DNA of 64,000 nucleotides from NCBI GenBank assembly GCA_039096225.1, contig JBBPEB010000014.1, positions 1,426,001-1,490,000 of the forward strand. Reading direction: 5' to 3'. A program made the translations under genes and the position numbers. The notes under the pieces were generated by a model. The model saw only the letters and a list, made by a program, of their open reading frames with translations. It was not told the origin of the DNA and made no database searches. This stretch comes from Blastocystis sp. Blastoise (Eukaryota > Protista > Bigyra: Opalinata). Positions 1 to 12,045 of the stretch are shown in pieces (the first letter of the stretch is position 1; each line of letters starts with the position of its first letter).

Positions 1-1
1 T

Positions 2-2917
2 ATAGATAAATTAGAAGTAGTATATCCAAGTCAAAATAGTGTGAATTCTAAAGAAATCGATTTATTATCTATATTATTTATTCCTCTAGAAGATATAAAG
101 GATGATAAGATATCTCATTTATTAGAACTTGATAAACATAATGATATACCTTATATAGTTAGTTTGTCCCAAAAAACAGGAGAAACTATTATTCTTCCTG
201 ATGTTTCTCAAAAAGATTTAGAAAATATTCCTAATGGAGGAAATAAATTAATATTGAATCAAATGAGTAGTATTATTAGTAAGGAATTACTATATGATTC
301 TATGAATAATTGTGTTCTTCCTCCAAATAAGGCTACTTGTTGGATTGCTTCTGTTACAGGTACATCAATTCATTTAAGAAATTATATTAATTTCTTAATT
401 ACAGGACATGGAAATGGTAAATATTTTAAGAAGAGATTAGGAGGTAAGATTCGTGCTTATTCTGTTAGTATAATAATAGATTGTAAATGTTCTTCTTTTA
501 ATATATTAAGTATTCGTCATTCAATTCATACTATATTATTATTTATAAGATGTTTAAGTGAATTATCTGTATCAGCTGTAGATATATGGATAGCAAAAGA
601 TAAATGTTATTGTATTGGAACAGGTTTACAATCTTATGAAATCTGGACATATACAATTCTTTCTTCTTTATTGCAACATTTCTCTTCTCCTACTCCTTCT
701 ACATGTATAGATCAAGTAATAAAGCAAGCTACTTCTGTATGTAATAGTCGTCCTTATTCAAGTATGGAATTTGTATTTACTGATGGTATTTCTTGTGAAA
801 TAGCTCGTAAAGAAATTAAGAATGTAATTATAAGTAGTGAAACTTCTTTTATAGGAATAGGTATTGGATATAGTATAGTAGATTATGAGAATATTTTCCC
901 TTCTTTTATATGGTGTAGTGATATACATCAACTTCCTACTGCTTTAGAGAATATGCATACACCTACTACTAATCCTAATACTATATGTAATTATATGTGT
1001 GATACTATATATTATGAAAATTTATTAAATAAAGAATTCAATGATTATTTCCATGAAAAAGATATAAATAAGGTTATGGATATATATGGTGAATATCAAA
1101 AACTTCGACGACGTGAAAAATTTTTAAATATGAATTCTAATAAGAATAATAATGGTGGTGGTAAATTAGAAGATGAAAATGGTGATGATTCACGTGATGA
1201 TTTAGGTAGAGATGGTGCTTTTGATCAATTTAATGTATTATTTGTTGTTTTATATACTGCTAGACCTAATAATATAGATGAAGAAGGAAATCAAGTTGAT
1301 CCTGATGTTACTGTTGATAATTTAAAGAAAGGACCTGTAGCTAAATTAAAAGTTAAAGGATTTAGAGTAGATATAGTATATGATTATTTTGATGCTATGG
1401 ATCGATTAAGATCAGGTAAATATAGAAGTGTAATTATTACATGTAGTCCTGGTGATGGTGTTTTAGGAGATCCAGAACATCAAGGTGATTTTAATTATTT
1501 GAATAGTTTTATAAAATGTTTACATATATTCCATGCTCATCGTGGTGGTATTATGTTTATGTTAGAGAATTCTCCATTAGATTTTGAAGCTTGTAAATTC
1601 TTTAATTATGAAGATGGTCCTTATCATATAAGTGAGTTATGTGATACTGAAGAGAAGATAGAAGGACGTGGTTGGATTTATGAGAAGAAGATAGATAAAG
1701 TAGATGATGATAAAAAACCAAGTAAAAGTCAATTTGTTCCTATTGGTGAAGATTTGTTTAATAAAGAATGTAGATTACCTATTAATTATGGTTTAAATAA
1801 AATATTTGAAGGTGTAACATTAGCAAATATTAATGAAGATGAATTAGTTAATTGTGGTTTTAAAACATTTGCAAGAGAACAAAATGGTCATGCTGCTGTA
1901 ATGATAAAAGATGCATATCAGAATTATGGTAGAATAGTAATAGATACAGGTGCAAGTAAGTTATATAGTGATTGGTCAAGTGATGGTACAGCTCGTTGGA
2001 TAAGTAATGCAGTTATTTGGTCACTTAATTTTGATGATTATTTGAATGAAACTAATGAATCTCATAAGATTGATCTTAGTAATGAACAAATACCTGATTA
2101 TTATACTAAAGTCGATATGTCTTCTTTTACAGATCAAGATATAAAGACAGAAGAATGTGAAAAAAGAAATATAAAAACACCTGCTAATTTAGTTGTATCT
2201 ATTGTTATATGTACATCTGGTAATCAACATCAGTATTATGATAGTACAAAACAATTCTTTGGCAATGTATTAAAGAAATTAGATAAAAGACGTAATGAAA
2301 TTTTAGGAAAGAATAATGCTTCTATTCGTTATCAAGTTGTTCAGTATAGTAATTATGATGATAAAGTACCTATTGATTCAAGTGGAATGAGTAAACCAAA
2401 TGATTTCTCTGATACATTTTTAAGTAGTGAAACAAAAACAGGTGCTGGTTTCTGTAGCCGTTGTGGTCATAGTTGTAAGGATGTGAATGGTGGTTTATTG
2501 GAAGCATTAAAAGAAATTGATGAATTACCTGGTTATACTCATGTATTATTGGTATGTGGTGGAGATCCTATGCATAATTTAGTAAAAGAATGTAAATTAG
2601 TTTATCCCTTTAATGGAGTTGATTTAAGTGAACAATATCATAAAATATGTGATGTTATTGTTAAACGTAATGTTAAAGTACATTTTATGCCTGTATTATC
2701 TAAAGATATATTATTAAGTGCTAATAAATTAAGAGAAGTAATTGATAATAATGTTTTTGATGGTAGAAAAGTTGAAGGTAAAAATTATATATTCGATGAA
2801 GACTTTTTAGTAGACCCTAATAATAATAGAGGTAATTTTGATACCCTAAAGAAAATGGAAGATATGTTTGATGATATTCTTATTAATGAGTATACTCAAG
2901 TATTGAAATCAATGTAA
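2..2917 (+). CDS. 3' part of a large protein with two von Willebrand factor A-like domains (5' end upstream of window)
   Basis: Frame is open from base 2 (IDKLEVVYPSQNSVN...) through the 958-aa ORF to TAA at 2915-2917, with no intron. vWA-like strands VSIIIDCKCSSF / EFVFTDG / FIGIGIG, and a second degenerate vWA near the C-terminus (VVSIVICTSGN / DVNGGL / LLVCGGDPMH). Confidence 0.7.
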   Translation: MDKLEVVYPSQNSVNSKEIDLLSILFIPLEDIKDDKISHLLELDKHNDIPYIVSLSQKTGETIILPDVSQKDLENIPNGGNKLILNQMSSIISKELLYDSMNNCVLPPNKATCWIASVTGTSIHLRNYINFLITGHGNGKYFKKRLGGKIRAYSVSIIIDCKCSSFNILSIRHSIHTILLFIRCLSELSVSAVDIWIAKDKCYCIGTGLQSYEIWTYTILSSLLQHFSSPTPSTCIDQVIKQATSVCNSRPYSSMEFVFTDGISCEIARKEIKNVIISSETSFIGIGIGYSIVDYENIFPSFIWCSDIHQLPTALENMHTPTTNPNTICNYMCDTIYYENLLNKEFNDYFHEKDINKVMDIYGEYQKLRRREKFLNMNSNKNNNGGGKLEDENGDDSRDDLGRDGAFDQFNVLFVVLYTARPNNIDEEGNQVDPDVTVDNLKKGPVAKLKVKGFRVDIVYDYFDAMDRLRSGKYRSVIITCSPGDGVLGDPEHQGDFNYLNSFIKCLHIFHAHRGGIMFMLENSPLDFEACKFFNYEDGPYHISELCDTEEKIEGRGWIYEKKIDKVDDDKKPSKSQFVPIGEDLFNKECRLPINYGLNKIFEGVTLANINEDELVNCGFKTFAREQNGHAAVMIKDAYQNYGRIVIDTGASKLYSDWSSDGTARWISNAVIWSLNFDDYLNETNESHKIDLSNEQIPDYYTKVDMSSFTDQDIKTEECEKRNIKTPANLVVSIVICTSGNQHQYYDSTKQFFGNVLKKLDKRRNEILGKNNASIRYQVVQYSNYDDKVPIDSSGMSKPNDFSDTFLSSETKTGAGFCSRCGHSCKDVNGGLLEALKEIDELPGYTHVLLVCGGDPMHNLVKECKLVYPFNGVDLSEQYHKICDVIVKRNVKVHFMPVLSKDILLSANKLREVIDNNVFDGRKVEGKNYIFDEDFLVDPNNNRGNFDTLKKMEDMFDDILINEYTQVLKSM

Positions 2918-5122
2918 TTTTTAAGTTTATTAAATTTTAATTATTTATTTTTTATGTTAAACTTTTATGTATTTATGTGTTTATATATTTTTAATTATCT
3001 ATTTATGTTTTTTTATATTTATTATATTAGTATATAGTTCTCCATTTTTTTTATTTAATAAGATTATGAGTGAGTTTTGTTTTAAAAAGTTAATCATTGA
3101 TAATATTGAGTGTAAAATATTTTTAGAACATTTTTATGTAAAACTTCTCTTGTTTATTCAAAACTTATTCTAAGGAAACTTAAAATTATCTATAATATAT
3201 ATAATAAATACTATGAGAGACTTTTTAGTGTCAAAAACATTTTTTTCTTATGTATTATTATGATATTTATCAAGGAAAATATTATTAAATAGTATAGGAA
3301 TGTAAATATATATATGCAACTAGTAAAATAAATGAATATATTATTATATTATAAATAGAATAATACTTAATAAATTATTTAGTGATAGTTCAACTAGTTA
3401 AGAGTTTCATTTTTATTATGATAATATGAAGAATATAGTTTTATTTATAAATCATATTGATAATCATAGAATAGTCAATAGATTTGATGGATATATATAT
3501 ATAAGAAATGGAAACAATAAAAATATAGAATAGTATTAAGAATACTTTAATATGAATTGTTATAGAAAATTTTTAACAAAAATAAAATATAAAGAATAAT
3601 AGTTAGTTCATTTTTTCATGTTATTTATATTTAAATATATAATAAGTACACTTAATGATATTTTATTTAATAAAAGTATAAATAAAAGATATTATTTCTC
3701 ATATAGTTCAATTAAAATATAATAATTTATGCTTAATTAATGCTTTAAAATGAGTGTAACTTTGATAGACATATGTAGCAATAATTTTGAACATAATAAG
3801 AAGTTTATTGAAGAAAGTATATTATTTTTATGTGATTTCATTTCAGAATAGAAGAATTCAGATCTAATGTTATCTTTTTCATAAATACAGATGCACAATT
3901 TGATTTTTAAAGACATTCAAACGAATAGATAAAGATAAAAGTAGGATCATCTATCTCAATTTGAATTAAAAAGTGAATAATTTTTAGTTATTTGATATTT
4001 TCTATATCTAACCATATTATTTTGATATCGCCGATAAGAATTTACTCTATTTTGATAATTTAATGAATATAATTAGAACTTTTTTTGATAATATAATGTA
4101 AATATACATTCAATACTTGAATATAAGCATATATTGAATTTTTATTTTCAAAAATAATGAATAATAAGGCAGAAATAATGAATAATGAGTTGTTTCTGAA
4201 AAAGACCAGTGCCTTCCAGATGGCACTTTTTTTTTGCTGAACAGCAATTGTCACAAAATTTTGTGACACAAAAATGAAAAATGATAAATATCTTTTTCAA
4301 TTTATATTTAAAAAATATTTAAAAAATATTATCATAATAACAACATTGAAATACATCGAATAAACCATTTTTAGAAAAAAAGGGCTTTGTGTAAAAGTGA
4401 TTACATTTCGTTTTTTTATTGTTAAAAAATGTTTAACAATTGACATAATAATTGTTTTAACTATCATAAAAGCTTTCAATTTAGCCTTAATCAATAAAAA
4501 TATATATAAATCATATACATGTTAAGTCAGAAATTAACACATTTGTCCTATTTTCGTAAATTTTCAGATTTATATATGTATATATAAATAAGATGCTATA
4601 AAAAATCACATTATTAACTAGACCTAATATAATATCAGCATCAACATTTTCTGAATCATGTATTTTTCAGACATAAAATATTAAAATTTGAAGTGGAAAG
4701 CAAGTTTTCTTTAATCAGAGACAATACAATAAACAAAAAAAAAAGTTAATGTATTATGATGTAGAATTGTCACAAGTTATACTATAGAAACTACTTGGTA
4801 TGTATTATCAGATTGTTTCATGTTGGATAATAAAATTGTTTTAAAAAAATTCTCTATGATAGCACTTAAACAATAATTTTAAAATAATAAATAAAAAATA
4901 CATACAAAAAAAAAATTAAAATTTTGTTTTTCTTTTTTTTTAGCTCTAATTTCAATATTGTTATGCTTTTAATTAAAAAAAAACACTGATTGTATTCTCT
5001 TATATATTCTTAATAATAATTACATTCTAAAATTATATATAATAAAATTATTTCACAGTAAAAACAAAGAAAGAAATATTGATAATTAATTATAATCTAA
5101 AATAAATTTACAATTTTAGTAA

Positions 5123-5198
5123 GGCGCTTTGGCTATATGGTCAAACGTGTTAAACAATGGTTAATTATCGACGGTTCGATTCTTGTAATGGGCTTTTT
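5123..5198 (+). pseudogene. Degenerate tRNA-like / Pol III element
   Basis: A-box-like TGGCTATATGG and B-box GGTTCGATTC at tRNA spacing, followed by a T-tract. Stems are imperfect. Confidence 0.4.
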
Positions 5199-5641
5199 AT
5201 TTTAATTTTCATTTGATTTTTATTTGATTTTTAATAGATTATGCAAGTCATTTATTATTTTACTATTAATTTAATACTATATAAATCATCCAGTGATATA
5301 TTTTTAGTTTATTAGAGATTTATAAAGAAATTATTATAAGATTTAGCAACGTCATTCATTTTATATTGATGAAATGGAATTTATTTTATAATTTTTATTA
5401 CGAAAAATAACTAGTTGTGATGAAATAATAAATTTAATACTGACTATTTAACAAACTATAAGAGAATGTAACCAAAATATGTGAGTTTAAATCTATGACT
5501 GATTTTTCATGTCTTCGGACTCAATTAGTGTTTTAATATGTTTTCATATTATATCTTGAATAAGTATGAACATAAATAGTGCTGCATAGTTTTTATCATC
5601 TTTATTTAAATAAAATAAAAATGATGTTTAGTTAAATAATT

Positions 5642-5711
5642 TTAGCCTAGTTGGGTGGATAAATGTTACCAAGTCGTTGGTCTAAGGTTCAATTCACTCT
5701 TTCTGCTTTTT
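5642..5711 (+). pseudogene. Degenerate tRNA-like / Pol III element
   Basis: A-box-like TAGCCTAGTTGG, then TGGTC and B-box-like GGTTCAATTC, followed by a T-tract. Confidence 0.35.
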
Positions 5712-7081
5712 ATTTATTTATTTATTTTTTGCCATTCATTTTTATTAGTTATTATTTACTTTTGAATAGTGAAAACTTGGCAAATTGTTTCAGCACATCA
5801 TCTTAATAAAAATGTAAAATATTGAGTCATTTTATGATTTTCGACCTCCGATTAGGTGGATCACTCATTCAGAGGTCTATATAAAAAAAAAGTGTACCAA
5901 TCGATAGAGCGCTTCAAAAAACCCCTAGCCAGGGTTTGGAGACCTATTTAAGAGGAATTAAAGCAAATCTACGTTGCAATGATAAAAAAAATTAATTATT
6001 ATTTTTTTCAAAAATATTAAGGTTAGTTTTTAGTATAATATCGTATTAGTATTTATATTATAACTATTATGGATGCTAAAGAAGTTATTACTGATTTAAT
6101 TAATTAATAATCACGGATATATCATTTAATAACCTGTAAATTTCTTTTTTTTAAAATAAAAATTGCAGTTTTCCTTTTTATGTTTTTAGTTTATAACAAG
6201 AATATATTATCAAATGATAACTGCTTCGTTCTATATTTTTTCCCTTCCATTATATGTTAGGGAATACATTGGTCAATCATATGATAATTATTTTCAAGAT
6301 ACTAATTGTAAATACTCTATTAACAATCTTATACCAACAACACGTGTATGTTTATCTTTCTATTATAAATTTTTATAATATTTATTAGAATGGAAGAATA
6401 CAAAAGATAAAAGAATACAAGCGTTTTGTAGATATGGTTAGAGATTCTGGTTACAACGTTATATATGTCATTGAAGGTATATTCACTGTTTATTCTTTAC
6501 AAAATATATAGAAATTGAGAAACAACAGAAAGTATTCTATAATGGAAAAATTAAAGCGTTGAAAGAAATATCATCATGTATATATATATATTATTATTCC
6601 CTGTAAAACAATTTAGCTAATTCTACATTGTTGAAAAGAGTGACAGAAGAACAGGAAAAAGTAGTTATAGTATCAAAAGAAAGAACTTTGATTAATTGTA
6701 AAAAGGATGGATATATATGTGGTATTTTTAAATATATTATATCATATTATATGATTATTTTATATAGTAACTTCCAAAAAGGAAACTCAGTATATTGAAG
6801 ACTTTGTTTCAAAAAGTATTACTACAAACCCTGTTAGTACTATTGATTTTAAAAGTAAATATATATATATTATTTTTTTATAATAATATCTAGATAATAA
6901 ACAAGATGATACCATTGCTGTATTACCAGAAAGAGAAGAAATTAGGATAACTGATTATTTTTGTATGTAATTATTTGAAAATAATTAAAGATATATATCA
7001 ATATATATAGCACATAAAGATAATACGTGTTCTACTGAATCTACAAAAACAAAACTAATTGAATTAACAACTAAAAAATTA

Positions 7082-9190
7082 ATGGCTCTATCAAGATATA
7101 TATCTGATTCATTTGGTAATCTTCTATTATCTTCATCAACAACAGTAGATATTATTGATAACATGTATTTATTTCTTCCTATTTCATACAAGAATATAAC
7201 TGTTCCATCTTTTTCAATAAAACAACCAAAACCTGCTGGTATCACTCTTTGTATTGAATCAAATCAAAGTAATGAAACGTCTGATATAACTGATAATTCT
7301 TCATATTATAATCCTATGTCACTTATCAAATCAACTATTAACTGCAATAATAAATTCTTCTGTTTATTAAAAGAATCTATAAATGAATTAGTTTCAAATA
7401 ATGATACAAATGATATTGTTAGAATGAAAGAGAAATGGAAAGATTATGTAACTAATAATACTAGTACTATTATACAGTTGATTTCGTACCTTACTGATGA
7501 TCTTCTTTTCTATGATATTGAATTATATAAATGTTCTTCATTGAAGAGTGTTCTAAGACATAATGGCACTTATAACAAGTTTATATCATATAATATGACG
7601 GATAAGAAATGGTATTGCATAGCTTGTCTCCTATATTCTAATGATCCAGTGATTCTTGGTAATAAATATACATATACTACTGTTACATCTCACATGACTC
7701 TAAATAGTCATAAATCATCATTAAAGTTATTCAAAAAGCTTCTTTCGAATTTAGAGAATAATCAGACGCTGATTACTAACTCAACAAATCACTGTTGTAC
7801 TACTGATAACTTGCTTCTATGGAAATACTTTTTTACAAAATTCTATAATTGTATGTGTGTCTGCTTATCTGATATTCATTCCATTTATGGTCAAACAACT
7901 ATATTATCATCTTCTAGTTGTGGTATGTTTCTTGTTCTATTAAAACTAACTGGAAAGAATGATCCTATCTTCAGACAGTTCTTAGAGGAAAATAAAAGAT
8001 TTTATCAGTCAGTACGATCCATCCAGAGATGGATTACTATTATATCTACAAGTATAATGAATAGTTTAAAGAATGAAGTTGGAAATAAGTTATTTAGTAT
8101 CACAACAGATGGGACAACATCTCAACATCTGGAACAACTAGCTATTACTATCCGTTATGTTGATAGTAGTTATATAATTCATCAACACTTTTTGTATATA
8201 CTAGAGGAAACTTCTCCTTCTGGTATTGTAATTGGAAAATCACTTATGAAGTGTCTAGATCAACTTAATTACAATAAGAATAACTTATGTGGTATATCAT
8301 ATGACAACTGCATATGTAATACGAGCTTAACATCAGGTATCATTGCTGGTTTATCTGTGAATCCTACATCTATTATTGGTTATGGGTGTCGTGTACACCT
8401 TCTTAATCTTGCACTTCTAGACTTACAAAACAATGTTATAGATTCTTCATTATATATAGAAGCAATAAATAATGTGGCATCAAGTTGGTCACGCTGTTCT
8501 AGAATAAGGGTTCTCATTAAAAATAATGGTTATAGTCTTTATACTCTTCCTCAAATTTCCCAAACACGATTTACAGCCAGATATTATTCTTTATATCCTT
8601 ATGTTGTACATCCAAAAAATACTTTATGTAAAGTGTTTCTTCTATACTTCTATTCATTTAACAAAAATAATATTTGCTTCAAAAATTGTGAGAATATGTT
8701 AAAGATGTTAGGAGAAGTTTCATTTCATCTATATATAGAATCCTGGTTCTATATATTACAATTAATGAACGAAGCATCGTCTCAATTACAGTCTGAAACG
8801 TTGACTATTTCTGAAACTATTCAGATCATTAATAGAATATTTGATAAACTCTCCTACCTGTCCTCTGCAAATATGATTAAGAAAATGTACAACAATGCTC
8901 TTGAAAGAAGAGATTATATATATAAGAATATATCTTTGTTGATTCATCGCTTAAACGTATATAAAAATAATACGGAAGATCCATCATGTATTACTTCTAT
9001 TATCCAAGAGATGAATAGTATACCTGAGTATAATAGTAAATTTAATGTTAATCTAGATAATGATGTAGAAACTTTTATGAAAGATAATGATGATTCAGAC
9101 AATAATTCTTCTAATAATATAAATACTACAGACTTAAAGTCCCTGGAAAAAACCGGTCCTCTGGAAAAAACCGGTCCATTTTTTTTTTAA
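7082..9190 (+). CDS. hAT transposase main exon (first two catalytic Asp, CxxH); last residues and stop come from the MITE
   Basis: 702-aa ORF. The terminal KSLEKTGPLEKTGPFFF is read from the MITE left TIR starting at 9137. Confidence 0.8.
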   Translation: MALSRYISDSFGNLLLSSSTTVDIIDNMYLFLPISYKNITVPSFSIKQPKPAGITLCIESNQSNETSDITDNSSYYNPMSLIKSTINCNNKFFCLLKESINELVSNNDTNDIVRMKEKWKDYVTNNTSTIIQLISYLTDDLLFYDIELYKCSSLKSVLRHNGTYNKFISYNMTDKKWYCIACLLYSNDPVILGNKYTYTTVTSHMTLNSHKSSLKLFKKLLSNLENNQTLITNSTNHCCTTDNLLLWKYFFTKFYNCMCVCLSDIHSIYGQTTILSSSSCGMFLVLLKLTGKNDPIFRQFLEENKRFYQSVRSIQRWITIISTSIMNSLKNEVGNKLFSITTDGTTSQHLEQLAITIRYVDSSYIIHQHFLYILEETSPSGIVIGKSLMKCLDQLNYNKNNLCGISYDNCICNTSLTSGIIAGLSVNPTSIIGYGCRVHLLNLALLDLQNNVIDSSLYIEAINNVASSWSRCSRIRVLIKNNGYSLYTLPQISQTRFTARYYSLYPYVVHPKNTLCKVFLLYFYSFNKNNICFKNCENMLKMLGEVSFHLYIESWFYILQLMNEASSQLQSETLTISETIQIINRIFDKLSYLSSANMIKKMYNNALERRDYIYKNISLLIHRLNVYKNNTEDPSCITSIIQEMNSIPEYNSKFNVNLDNDVETFMKDNDDSDNNSSNNINTTDLKSLEKTGPLEKTGPFFF

Positions 9191-9656
9191 TGTTATTTTC
9201 ATGTAAATACGGTTTTTTTTAACCACAAAAACAAAATAACCACGATTTTTCATTCTTTTTTGTTTTATAAACATTTTTGTTTATATAATCATTACTATAT
9301 ATGTCATCCACTTCCCATATCACTTGACAGAATTGTTATGTGGTAATTATCACCAAAATCTGCGATATAATATTATATTTTGACAGTGTAATCTTATTTA
9401 TTCTCGATAAGTCAATTTAAGTCAGGTTGAAGTGACAATCAACTATTATCATGGTATGTGCTGCAAAAGTGATGGAAGGAAATATAGATGACTCGCATAT
9501 TAATGATGTTGCTGATAAAACTGTGTATAAAACAAAAAAAATTAAAAATCGTGGTTATATATTTTTTTGCCGTTAAAAAATTATTATTTACATGAAAATA
9601 ACATTAAAAAAAAATGGACCGGTTTTTTCCAGAGGACCGGTTTTTTCCAGGGACTT
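9137..9656. mobile_element. 520-bp MITE with long TIRs and TA target duplication (Tc1/mariner-type signature)
   Basis: ~70-bp near-perfect TIR AAGTCCCTGGAAAAAACCGGTCCTCTGGAAAAAACCGGTCCATTTT..., extending imperfectly to ~190 bp. TA at 9135-9136 and 9657-9658. Removing the element restores GAC TTA TAT GAT in frame. Confidence 0.92.
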
Positions 9657-9817
9657 TATATGATTCTACTCATCCTAATTCCTTATCTATTAATCAATTT
9701 TCGTTTTCTATATCTGAATCAATTCTTTCTATTCTTAATTATCGAGATGAAATGGAAAAGAAAAATCTTCAAAAGATTTATGAATCCAAAGGTCTTCAAC
9801 AACATCATATAAAAAAG

Positions 9818-9850
<33 letters not shown>

Positions 9851-10486
9851 TTATATATTTATATAGAGTTAAACAAAATATTTTAATTAATCATGATAAT
9901 GATGTTTATATGGCTCCTGTTTCGGATAATACTGGTAATATAGAATTAGAAATGAATAAATGTGTTTCAAACATTAACTGTACTAGTTCACAAGAATATA
10001 TTCAATCGATTATTAAACAAGAAGTTGAACATAAGACAGCCATTTCTTCTTCTCCTATATTATCTCCTTCAAATAATCCAAATATATATTCAGTATCACA
10101 AGATGATATTGAAGTTTTTTTTTCAGTATTAAGCAAATCAACTTCAACCTTAGAAATGAATAATGACTCTTCAATGAATATAAAACAAAAAAGTGATACA
10201 AAAAAAAATAATATTAATTATTCTTCAATACTATCATCTATTAATCACCCTAAAAGAAAAAGAGGTAGACCGAGAAAAGCAATGATAAATACTAATGACA
10301 TAGATTCTTATACTCAAGATACTCGTTCTACGTCTCTAAGCCAAAAACGAATTATTCATAACGAAAATAATAAGCAGAATAATGATTCTTCTATTTCATT
10401 TCAAAACCATGAATCCATGTTTTCTTTAGAAGAGAAAAAAAATATTGTTGAATCAAAACTAGATTCATTAGTCTATACGTATATAT

Positions 10487-11149
10487 ATGTATATTTTATG
10501 TATTATTTTTTGTTTATATAGTATTATATTTGATAATTACAAAAATAATATTTATGGTTTTTCGGCAAGTATAAACCTTATGATTTTGAAAATGAGGCAA
10601 AATATTAATACTAGATTATACAAAGATATTATTCAGGATCTCTCACTTTCTTTCTTCATTACACCTTCCATGATAATTGATTCAAATATAGATACTCAGT
10701 TGCTATATAGTCAGACACTCTATTCTCTTTTCTCATATCGTCTTCCAATCGATTTCATTCCTAAAATTTGTCAAATGACAAAGCATCTACAAAAGACAAT
10801 ATCTGTTCAATCATCTATTAATGATATTATTAAATGTATTCACAATGAATTTCCTATTCACTATTCTATCTATGAAATGGTTATACAAATATGTTTAACA
10901 CTAAGCCCAACTAGTATCAAAAGTGAAACTTGCTTTAGTACATTAAGGAGAATTAAGGGCTGCTTTCAGACTTCTATGAAACCTGAACTTCTTCAAACAT
11001 ATATGGCATGTACGTGTAATCGAGAACTACTTTCTTCTGTAAATAGCTCAGAGGTAGTTGATAAATATGTTGATGGTCTTAGATTACCAATATTAAGTAA
11101 TAATATCTCATCAAAGGTTTTAAGAAGTGAATTATTAAATTGTAAATAA
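10487..11149 (+). CDS. hAT transposase last exon (catalytic Glu and hATC dimerisation domain)
   Basis: SPTSIKSETCFSTLRRIKGCFQTSMKPELL matches the hATC consensus PxTSxxxERxFSxLxxIKxxLRSxM. The real exon starts near 10522 after an AG. Confidence 0.8.
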   Translation: MYILCIIFCLYSIIFDNYKNNIYGFSASINLMILKMRQNINTRLYKDIIQDLSLSFFITPSMIIDSNIDTQLLYSQTLYSLFSYRLPIDFIPKICQMTKHLQKTISVQSSINDIIKCIHNEFPIHYSIYEMVIQICLTLSPTSIKSETCFSTLRRIKGCFQTSMKPELLQTYMACTCNRELLSSVNSSEVVDKYVDGLRLPILSNNISSKVLRSELLNCK

Positions 11150-11979
11150 CTATATATATATATCTATATCCTTGTCTATACTATTCTATAAAAAGTGTTT
11201 TTATATTTGAAATATATTATTTCATAATCATTAAATTGATATTTTCATTTGTATTACTTTTGTTTACTATTATTATAATGTTATTTCTATTTTTTAGTTT
11301 TATTATTAATATAATTTTTATTGGTGTTTTTTATAATAGATTTGTTATTTTTTTTACTATTAAATGATAAATGGAGATATAAAATATATACAATGCTTTT
11401 AGTTTATTCATTAGTAATTATATCATATTCAAAATATAAATAGTATATATACGAATTTATTCAATATATCTACAGTATATCTATTGAAATACTAGATTTC
11501 TAAATAAATATATATGTTATTATGTATTATTAAATATAGGCTATCGAATTCATTTAAAAAAATATATTAATTATGTATACATTGATATTCTTAAACACTT
11601 CTTTAATTTCTATTTCTTCATATGTTTAATCAAGACTAAAAAGTGTAGTTTTCAGAATACTATCAATGTTTCATGTATTGTTTATGTTACTAATATTCAT
11701 ATTAATGTTTATATATTATCCAGAAATTGTTTACAATAACTCTTTTATTCAATAATTGCATATCATATTATTGTAGATACTGTTTTTAAAGTACTTATAT
11801 AAATTCCGATATTTGATGTTTCATATTGGCCAATGATGTAGAATACAGAAAAAAATATATATTTAGATATATATTTAACATAATAATTAGAATAGTTAAT
11901 AATAAGTAAATGAATAATATAAAATAATAAAATTGAATATTTTTTTTATGTATATAGTATATTTGAATATAAAATCCTT

Positions 11980-12045
11980 TATATCAGGAGTTGAACATGC
12001 TAGCAATAAATGTTAGATTGCTACTCACCAAACTGAGTATAACGA
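11980..12045 (-). pseudogene. tRNA-like cloverleaf relic
   Basis: Minus strand: TACTCA-GTTTGG-TGAGTA (D-arm-like), TAGCAAT-9nt-ATTGCTA (7-bp stem), CATG-TTCAACT-CCTG (T-arm/B-box-like). Confidence 0.4.

Larger units (their letters stand above)
6261..11149 (+). pseudogene. Multi-exon hAT-superfamily (ZBED/ZMYM1-like) transposase gene, interrupted by a MITE
   Basis: hAT motifs ITTDGTTSQHLEQLAITIRYVD, GISYDN, GCRVHLLNLAL (CxxH), QTRF and hATC dimerisation LTLSPTSIKSETCFSTLRRIK. GT-AG introns join ORFs 9614, 9910 and 10487 in frame. Small upstream exons start near 6261; the true start codon is uncertain. Confidence 0.85.

Noticed and set aside
5830-5960. GC-richer patch as hAT left TIR
   Set aside because: No matching inverted sequence or 8-bp TSD found downstream of 11149.
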